A stretch of 58,469 bases of DNA, counting the filler, from Bigelowiella natans CCMP2755 (lineage: Eukaryota; Protista; Cercozoa), in the NCBI GenBank assembly GCA_000320545.1. It is 5 parts of 5 records of this genome, joined end to end, with 100 filler letters (N's around TTAATTAATTAA, not from the genome) between each part and the next. Parts side by side here need not be neighbours in the genome. Positions count along the whole stretch, not along the records: positions 41,888 to 58,469 come from ADNK01003568.1; 4 more parts are not named here. The stretch is one strand, 5' to 3'. The position numbers were made by a program, and so were the translations under genes. The first letter of the stretch is position 1; every line of letters begins with the position of its first letter. Shown in pieces: positions 50,027 through 58,469 of the stretch. The notes beneath the pieces were generated by a model. The model had not been told where the DNA came from, searched no databases, and was given only the letters and a program-made list of their open reading frames with translations.

Positions 50027-50461
50027 TACAGCTTGTAGTATTACGCACATTTTTCTCCCGATTGATTTCTGGCAATGCGACAACAATGTTTCCTTGTCGT
50101 AGGCCATAGGAAACAGAATCACCGCCTTGCGGCGAACACATGGGGGGGTACCCCATGTCTCGCTTTTCTGAGAGTTTGTGCTTTTCACCGAAGATTGTAT
50201 GTCGTTGAAACGGTCAACGTTACTCTTGTCGGTAACTAGAAGGAGCTCCTCTTTTCTAAGTAGATTCACCTGAAAACGACGAAGACATGTCATTGCTGCC
50301 TCCCCGACACGCGGTTCCATTCCATTTTCACTCAAATTTCTTGAGAAGAAATGCTTCCCGCCGTGTAGCAAAATTTTCACAAATAAGAGGCCCTGGTTGA
50401 AAAAATAATAATGGAGCGGGGCAGCCATCCGGCAGAGCATCAACCTTCGATCTCCGGTCAT
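49682..50461 (-). CDS. 259-aa ORF whose 3' half lies inside the hypermutated block (possible partly mutated gene)
   Basis: Open frame. The 5' part contains Tyr (HYYFF, MAYD); the last ~115 aa contain no Tyr but have Cys/His in aromatic-like positions. Confidence 0.45.
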   Translation of the reverse strand: MTGDRRLMLCRMAAPLHYYFFNQGLLFVKILLHGGKHFFSRNLSENGMEPRVGEAAMTCLRRFQVNLLRKEELLLVTDKSNVDRFNDIQSSVKSTNSQKSETWGTPPCVRRKAVILFPMAYDKETLLSHCQKSIGRKMCVILQAVLDLDVQTTQFGQFSFLRCWNIEFRLFFDSEQRDEDGLSNCVSPSLLLWSLQVHHHLADPCSALDPFRLRTCGNLIKLPSSRSVQPALAEENVVKSVEKMQFLGEMIELFSQLTS

Positions 50462-51595
50462 ATACGCATCCCGAACCTAATTATCTCCCAATCAGAAGAG
50501 TATGACACCTCCGCTAGTTTCTACGCAAAAGCTTTCAGACCCATAAATAACAGCCCAAGGAGCAAACCAAATCTTGGTGGAGTCTGCGCACTTGGATTTC
50601 AGGAGTCTTCTTCTCTAGAGAAGGCGAACTGGGCTTGGGAAAAAAGACAAAAGAAAAGAGAATTGAAGCGGGGAAAATCCTCACCTGGTGCGCGCTTTTC
50701 ATTCGCTAATAAGACAGGAACAACGAAAACCATAAACAGTGTGGAAGAAAAGACGCAGAGTTCAAACGATGAACAAACAAGCAAGATTATGCCACAAAAG
50801 CGAAATTCTACGAAGCCCTTTTCGCCGGATATGTTCCTGAAATTTCATAATGAGAAAAACAACTTAAATGTTACGGAAAATGCGAATCCGTTTTGTGAGT
50901 CGTTGAATTCTTCTTTTGATCATTTCGAAGATTCATCCAGTTCATTTAGTCGTAGCACTGGGAGTTGCTACAGCGCTCGTAGTGGCTGCTCAACGCCTTG
51001 CGCGACATCGTCCACAAGACAACAGTCGACTGGATCTAGAGCTTCTCTCGAGCGCAAAGGTGGGCTTTCAGATAAAGCCAAGTATTGCATTCTGTTAATT
51101 TTAAGGGTAGAGTCGGATGATACAGTGCTTCAGAAAAACCCGCTATCCGGGAAGGAAATCTCACGGATATTGAATAGCGTGTTCCTTCTTCCCGAACCCA
51201 AGAAAGATAGGGTCAGAAGCTATATTAAGAGTCGGAACATTCCTGCGTCCAGAAGCCATCGAGATTCTATAGGTAGAGCAGCATGAATGTCATAGTAGAG
51301 ATGTTGGCTGAGAGAAATATTAGTCTTTCTCTGCCTCGTGTCTAATTTTATTTTCTTTGTTCTAGGACGAAACGAGTACTACAAAGACAAAAAGAAAATT
51401 GAGATAATCCAAGAGAGAATCATGCACTCAATGGAATCACTCGAAAACAAGGTTAGGATGTGGCTAAACGAGAGCTTCTTGGCATCCTCCGGCAAGACAT
51501 CTGCTACCAACTGGAAGAATTATTGGAAAAATCTGATCAGCTGCACGATAAAGCAAAAGAAACATTTTGCTGCCGTGGCACAATTTCTTGAATGA
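50411..51595 (+). CDS. Hypothetical Ser-rich protein with C-terminal helical (HTH-like) and coiled segment, 3 exons
   Basis: 291-aa ORF with donor ATA G|gtagag splicing in frame to RNEYYKDKKKIEIIQERIMHSMESLENK|, then a probable LLGILRQDICYQLEELLEK exon. Confidence 0.55.
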
Positions 51596-52440
51596 GAGGA
51601 ACAAAATTATGCATTGTAAATTAATTTTTACGTGCATGCCTAGAGAAAAATGATTCTTGTATACATCAGCAAATAGAGCGATTTCGAAACAGTTCATGGA
51701 GCTAGTCGTCCAAAAAGTGAAGTACGGGCAAATACTTGCGTAGGTTGCTCTGATTACTAATCTGGCCAATTTCCTCACTGTCAAGCGGTACCTTGTCTTC
51801 TCAGATGGATAATATAAGTATCAAATTATACACTCATGCATGCCCTTGAAGGTTGTTGATAATATATGAAGGGTCTTATAATCACACTAGTACGTGCCAT
51901 GTCGCATGTACGGAAATAGCGCACATTCTGGCCCAATAAGGAGTCCCACAATCTTCTTCTTTGTTGACAATATAGCAACCTTTTCATGTTGCAGATTTGC
52001 ATAGCGTGCATCGTATAGTAGTCTACGCATAGTACTGTGCTACGCTGGCTATGCGTTCACAACGTACTTATGAAATTATACTTATAGCAGTGCAAAGCAC
52101 GCAAATTAAACGTAATCCAACGACGATGCGAAATAATCCTGGGGGAAACCCCTTCGACCAAATCATACATTAAAATTCTGCTCATCTGTAGCAGCGTACT
52201 ACACGTGCAATGCGATGCGCTACATAGCGTGCATGGCAAAGACTTAGCATGAGCAAGAAATTAAGCATGTATCATTAGCATAGCTTGTGGTCGGTCATGA
52301 CCACCAAGCGCGTGCTTGCATTAGGCAGCATGCTAGGCATGTAGTTTTGTTCTAGTTTAGTTTTGATGGCAGCATGTTGGATGCATGCGTTTGCATGTGC
52401 AATGCATGCATGCTTGCGCATTTGCCTTGGGCAGTGCGAC

Positions 52441-53040
52441 AGGCTTTCTAAGTCATGTTGTGCACATTAGGTGCCATGCATGTGTTTAGCATTTGTCATG
52501 GTTTCTTTTGTGCTCAAGTTTGTGGGCACATGTGGGCCTGATTGTGTAGGTGCGCGTTGGCATGCAAAGGTGTGCGTGTTGCATGCGTGGCATGGGGGTT
52601 TCTACATGATGTCACATGGGTTCAGACAGCTTGTCAGTGTGATGTTGCATGTCAGCATCATGCAGGTGATGGTCACATTCTTCTAGCATGGCTTGATGGT
52701 GAAGCGCATGGATGGGGGGGCAGCATTGGGAAGTGATGCAGCCACCCAATTCATGTGCATGTGTGGGGACAAAATGAGTTAGTAAGTTTTGGCATTTTGG
52801 CCCCGCTTGGGCCATTGCGACATGGAAGGTGTTGTGTTGCAAAAGGGAACTTTTGCAGCACAAGTTGGCGAAATGATGTTGGGGAAAAATGTTGCCTTTT
52901 CAATCTGAAAATAGCGTGATGTGATGTGTTTGACTAAGCTATTTGCAGCAAAGTGAAACGCGCGCGCAAAAGTTAAAAGACCCGCGTGCGAGCGGTGATG
53001 TCCTCTTGGGAGCTTGTTTCTGTCAGCATGCATGCTCAAG
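52441..53040. pseudogene. TpA-depleted hypermutated block 4 with fossil ORF
   Basis: 12 TpA in 600 nt, 10 of them CTAN/NTAG. Minus frame ...QAMLEECDHHLHDADMQHHTDKLSEPM is His/Cys-rich. Confidence 0.7.
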
Positions 53041-53860
53041 CTCACAATGTGTTTTCATCATCAGGGTTTTAGTGTTTTTGTTTTCAAAGCTTTGATTACA
53101 TCAACGTGCAACTGCAAGCACCAGCAAGCAGCGCGTCTGTTAGCTAATTACATGGCTTGGCTGCTGAGAGACAGACATGGACAAAGTGACGAAGAGCAGA
53201 TATGGACAAAGTGAAGAGCATGTAAAGCCGTACATGGCTATTGTTCTTATTTCTTAAGCAATGTACTAATGTGCATCATTCGCTTATGTACCTTCTTAAC
53301 TTAGCACATGCTATGCATGCCAATGAGCAACATTGACACGCCATAGCAGGTGCGACAAGCATGGGATAAGCGCGTATACAACACGCTATTTATATGCATC
53401 TGTGAACATCCCTAACTAGCTAATATAGGCATATGTCTCTAAGATCCATATGGCATGTGCATGCGGGCCATATGCATGATCGATGAGTGGCGGTGATGAT
53501 GTAATGCGAGCAGCAGCGATGACCGGCAGCACGCACGCATCAAAATCTGCTGCACGCACATGTTCGATATATACTGCAAGCTAGCAAGGCCGTGACTGTC
53601 GCGCGAGCTAGCTACGGTTATTATAACGCCTAGCTATTCGCGTTCTTGCGTCTCTGCCTCAAATACTGACAAGGCTCATATTCATCATTTTTGTCAGGAA
53701 TGAGTCATAAACCTCTACATGCACGGCTTCCTTAAAAAAAAAGCCAAAAGTTATGATCAGGTTCCAGAATGAGCGCTCGATCAGTGGCAGTTCCAGGTGC
53801 GAGGAAAAGAGATGTGGCGATGCAGTGCTCTGTACTTGAGAGCTATACATAAAAGCTTTT

Positions 53861-54050
53861 TCAGCTGAAGCTTGCTTCTCTCAATTTTCTTAGCTCGTCT
53901 CGTAGCTTTTCCTTCTCGCTCTGATATTATGAAGTAATGCACAGACGCACGCACATGATAGCAAAATACAAGATAAGTGAAGGAAATTTTACATCTCATT
54001 GAATACTCCGCTAAATAATGAAGACGCATTTCATTCATGATTTTTATGTG

Positions 54051-54087
<37 letters not shown>

Positions 54088-54414
54088 ATGTGTGTGTGTG
54101 CGTGTATGTGCGCATGTGTGGTTTTTAGCATTCTATTAATACGTATATCGCCACATATGTACATCTGAATTTTACCATAGAAAAGTGTCCATAATGTAGA
54201 CATACACGCACACAATTTCCAATGCCACTAGCCTATATCTACATACCAAGAGTTCATGGTGCTCGTGGAGGAGCTTCTCGGTGACCTTGTATCTCTGGGC
54301 TTCATACGCACGCTACATTTAGCAGCAGCAGCAGCAGCAATAGCAACAAGAGCAGTAGCAGCGGAAGAAGATTTTAGCACTCATCAAATCGCATTGTATC
54401 CGCCCACGCACACA

Positions 54415-54464
<50 letters not shown>

Positions 54465-55257
54465 GAGACAGAGAGAGAGAGAGAGGGGGGGGGGGGGGGA
54501 GAGAGTGAGAGGCCAATTCTATTCTATCTACGCTCTTCATTGTGAAACACCTGCTCCATCTGGTTTTCCCCGTCTTTGTCGATCTCGGTCTGAAATTGCT
54601 TGCTCAGATCCTCCACCTGAATAAGGAAGGAAAGGGGAGAAGCGTTACTCCTACAGCGAGTACACAGATTGCCTCGATGACAAAAGACGTTCGCATCTTC
54701 TTCTAGAAGAAGGTATCCGACAAAAAACACAGATGATTCTTAGCGCGAACTATAGCATATAATTCAAAATTGCCGCCCTAAAGATAAGTTCAAGATGGGG
54801 AGTCCCGCGGAGAATTCAGGCCGTATTGGAAAATTCGGTCTGCTATTTCCGCTTCGATGATTTTGTCGCGCAAAATCTGTCGGTGTTCTCATTGTAAATA
54901 TGTCTTAAGTTTGCGTAATCTCCTGTTACTGTGTTTTTTTTTAATTAAGATTGTTATGGACTCGGACTCTACTTTCTTCTTGCATTCCTGAGAAACTTTG
55001 ACGTATGCATTGCCTCTCTCATCTGAGACCTGCACGTGACATTGCAATAATGCTCAATGTAATCATCATTCGCCACAAAAAACAAATTTTCACAGAACGA
55101 TCATCATTCGAGGGGAATGGTCTCATTTGGAAGAGCGACAAGGGCAGTAACGAGTGACATTTGACAGCTCAAGATAGCAGATGATATCCAAATGTAACTA
55201 CCTTTTCTTTATCGGTCTCGAGCTGTTTTGTCTGGGCTTGCATTTGCTCTACTCTGT

Positions 55258-55324
<67 letters not shown>

Positions 55325-56170
55325 GAGTGGGGAGGGGGGGAAGGGAGGGTAGAGGGACAAAATGAAAAAGGACAAGGTGGCAAAAGGAGCGGACGGGTTC
55401 AAAGGTAAGGGGGGGGAGATGCATCCGTTGAGAACATATAGAGAAAATATGCTACTGCGCTCCTTACGAGGGATCTATTCTGTTCCTCATATCTTTGAAA
55501 AGCTGCCCGATTGTTCTCTGATCGCGTCTGCTAGCATCCTCTCGGAGCTGAAGAAGAGTTGCAAGGAAGGGTTGAGAAAAAGCAGTATTTTGAGAAATCG
55601 AAAGCACAGCCGCAGTGCAAAAGCAACGAATGCTGCTCACATGTATAGTCGCAACCCTCTAAACAAACCGAATGAGACTGTTAGATATGTCTCCATTCTT
55701 CTATCCATTTGGACATCGTCATGACTTCGGTTCATCGCTTGCATTGATTTTTTAATTTTCATCGAATAGTACCACGGTCAAAGCGTATTTGAGGTTGTCC
55801 GACTCCTCCCCCGACCACTTACCGTTCTGCACGCGCTGCATTTCGTCACGGAACTCGCTAATCTGTTTCAAAGCAGCCACACGGTGTGAAGTGAACATTC
55901 CACCACTACCGCTACACCAGTAGATTATTAGGCTTTAGCACACTTACACTCGCGCAGCAGTCGAAGATACCCAGATGTTGCGATTTGTCAGCCATTCCCC
56001 TACCATCCGCTGACGTGTAGACTACAAGTATCGTAGCTATGGCCGTTACCACAAGCCAGATTCGCCTGAATGTGTTTCGAAGATTGTAAGGCACTTCAAC
56101 GGTTAGCGGGTCAGGGGGGTACCTGAGGGTAGGGGGGGAGTTCCGTCGTACCGACGACGCCAACATCGTG
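53861..56170 (-). CDS. Hypothetical coiled-coil protein with possible TM helix (exon chain only partly resolved; may be two genes)
   Basis: Exons ISEFRDEMQRVQN, LREDASRRDQRTIGQLFKDMRNRIDP|SVEQMQAQTKQLETDKEK|, VEDLSKQFQTEID and AQRYKVTEKLLHEHHELL|SEKEKLRDELRKLREASFS*; upstream FRRIWLVVTAIATILVVYT. Confidence 0.45.
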
Positions 56171-56636
56171 TGCTCTGATTATGGCAATATTATATCGGCA
56201 ATATATCGTAAATTTTTCCAATAACTCTGTGCGATAGTTTCAGCTTGGAGCCCACGAATTGTCTCTGGTGATCTAGGAACTATTTTGCCCTTGAAACTTC
56301 GTCGCTGCGCTTGAGACATGCAAGCATCCTGTATTCATTATCATGCGACATAACGATATTCATGTCGCGCGTTGAAATTGTCCTTCATTTTTCTTCCGAA
56401 AGGCCTTTTTGGCGCCAACGCCCACCCCCGTCGCGTATTCCGTTCCCCGCTCGTGATGAGGTGATAATTAGCGTACCCCTAAGAAAGGATGGCAGCTTAC
56501 CCCTGCCTTCTTTTTCCAACGTTCTAATACGAGATATGATGAACCCGTGCGTGAAGAGGGGCTCGAAACACCTTTGCGGTGTGAGATAAATAAAATGCTG
56601 CGTTTGCTGCTGCTGTTGTTCTTGTGTTTGTGCAAG

Positions 56637-58363
56637 ATCCGTGGCGGAGTGGGAGAGGGTTGGGCCGCCGCTCCTCCAAGATGCCGACACTATGCTTGCG
56701 GCCGTCGAGAGTATCTTTGAGGACGCTCTAGGTGGGGAGATATCATCCACCACCTCCACGCAACAGAATCTTCCTATTACGACGCCAACTTTACGATCTC
56801 TCGCACTCGCACATTCGCACAAACAAACAACCAAACAACACAAATACGCACACACATGATGTGCGCGCACCACCCTTGTACTCGCAGAAAGCGGGGACGA
56901 ATCGAACCTAAAGCGTCTTTTACGCATTGTGGCGACGAATGCAAGGTATGGAGACGATGTTGCATGATTTCTCCCTCCCCCTTACATAGACAAGGTGACG
57001 GAGCGGATGGCAGCTTGTACACAACATGCACACAGAAATATTGTTTAAGCTATCTACTAAATAATAAATACAATAAGTAGATATTCATATCCATAATGCC
57101 TTCTCTTCCCAACTGACTACGCAGCCCGCACCCTCTATTAACGGAGAAGTGCGTACAGCTAATGATGTGCATGGAGGACAAGAAGGACCTCATTCATCTC
57201 CTCCCGCAGCTATGTGGCGATTCTGTGCCCGAGGTACTGAATAGTAGCAACGTTGAGAGATGAGTCCTCATTACCAAAATATCATCCAAAAGCCATCATG
57301 CTCCAGCATTTTCCTGCTGATTGATGTACGCTTCCGCGCAGTTTTCTCTGCTTTCAATTTCGTTCCCCGGCGGTAGGTATCGCTCGTTGTTACGGCCTTC
57401 AAGGACATCTTGGAGGAGTCATCGGAGTACCTGGTGCGTAGTCCCCAAGCACGACGAGAGAGAATGTGAATTGATAATGACCGCGAACACGACGATGCTC
57501 TATGCATGCCCTGCGATCGGCCGCAGCGACTATGTGTCGGACGGAACGAAGAGTCGTCGTCGTTGTTTTTTTAGTTTTTAAGTATTAGCAGTAGCAGTAG
57601 CGTCAGAATTGCATGATTTGCGGCGGGGGCTACACCAGAGAGTAGCTTGTCGTGTATCCTTTCACAATTGGTGCTGCAATATCCACAGCGTCAGGGAAGT
57701 ATCATCAGCTATAACATAGGGGAAAAGAAGACAACCCCTGTTTCTGCATCGTTGAGAGCTTCTCGCTCATCACGCGTATTTGTCGTCTCTTCACATCGTC
57801 ATCGTAGTCAACTGGCTGTTGTAGGTGCCAATCCTAGGTGCTCTGAGCGACCTCGACTTGCCCCCGGAGCTCAGCGACGAGATCTTTGAACTCACGAGGA
57901 AATCCCTCAGGGTGGGTGGGGGGGGGAGAAGGAGAGGAAGGGAGAGAAGGGACGGGGGGGGGGGGGCGGAAGAGGAGTGGGTATGTACTGGTGATGCTGG
58001 TTATATTTTGAGAGAGATGTAGGCTGGTGATGTGCAGATTATGTATCTGTATCTTTCTCACCGCCTCTTTCGCTTGACTCTCCCTCACCATACCTTGAAT
58101 ACTCCATGGTAGGTGGTAAATGAGGGCGATTACCCCTCCGTTGCACGCACGCTACTAGTCATTCTTGATAAAGGCGCGTCGTTCAGTCTGGAAGCGCTGG
58201 AGGCCATTAACGACATTCGAAGGTAGTGATTGATGATGAATCCAATTTCTCGGAGAAATTTGCTCCAAGACTACCCTCAAGAGCATATATCATCTGTGCT
58301 TTCTTTCGTCATTGGATTGCTTCCCGCCGTATTTTTGAACGCGTGGTTGGTATTGACGTTCAT

Positions 58364-58396
<33 letters not shown>

Positions 58397-58469
58397 CACG
58401 CACACACACGCACACACACACACAGGCACTCGACGACGATTAGCCCGCACACGATGTCTCTGATGCTGC
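56637..58469 (+). CDS. FANCD2: Fanconi anemia group D2 protein, N-terminal solenoid exons (both ends incomplete)
   Basis: LTEKCVQLM...KDLIHLLPQLCGDS|VSLVVTAFKDILEESSEYL|VPILGALSDLDL...|VVNEGDYPSVARTLL...EAINDIR|...LNAW parallels the recalled human LTTKIMQLI...HDIITSLPEILGDS...LTVPILDVLSSL...EDLPVIIKFIL...EVISELR...SEAW. Confidence 0.8.

Noticed and set aside
1-58469. tRNA, rRNA or snRNA genes
   Set aside because: No cloverleaf/T-loop (GTTCRA) or rRNA-like segment was recognised by eye; a covariance-model scan would be needed to exclude small ncRNAs.

Overview
Eukaryotic (protist-like) draft-assembly window with intron-rich genes (GT-AG introns), dense (TA)n/(CA)n/(GA)n/trinucleotide microsatellites, and four 100-bp gaps padded with an artificial TTAATTAATTAA linker. 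The organism cannot be named from sequence alone. Genes recognised by manual splicing and recalled family motifs: VMS1/ANKZF1 (-), an intronless UBE2D/E-type E2 (+), a secreted G1-glutamic-peptidase-like unknown (-), fungal-type ketol-acid reductoisomerase ILV5 (+), an intronless SEA/mucin-like surface protein (-), a Harbinger-type Myb/SANT-like ORF (+), BRWD/PHIP (-), Abraxas-like MPN (+), the AASDH C-terminal propeller (-), a RALGAPB N-terminus (-), an HDHD5-like HAD fragment (+), a PUB-domain fragment (-), a DUF2817/M14-like peptidase (-), FANCD2 (+, partial) and several hypothetical coiled-coil or membrane genes. The most striking unexplained signal is a set of sharply bounded intergenic blocks (about 15350-15700, 43131-44115, 48600-50026, 52441-53040). 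In them TpA is almost eliminated except in CTA/TAG context while CpG persists, and fossil ORFs read His/Cys/Met where Tyr/Ile would be expected. This looks like a context-specific TpA->TpG/CpA (A-to-G) hypermutation, the reverse of fungal RIP. Other leads are an in-frame TGA inside a well-supported AASDH exon and a palindrome/direct-repeat cluster between the intronless surface gene and the Myb-like ORF. All counts were made by eye; no database searches were run.
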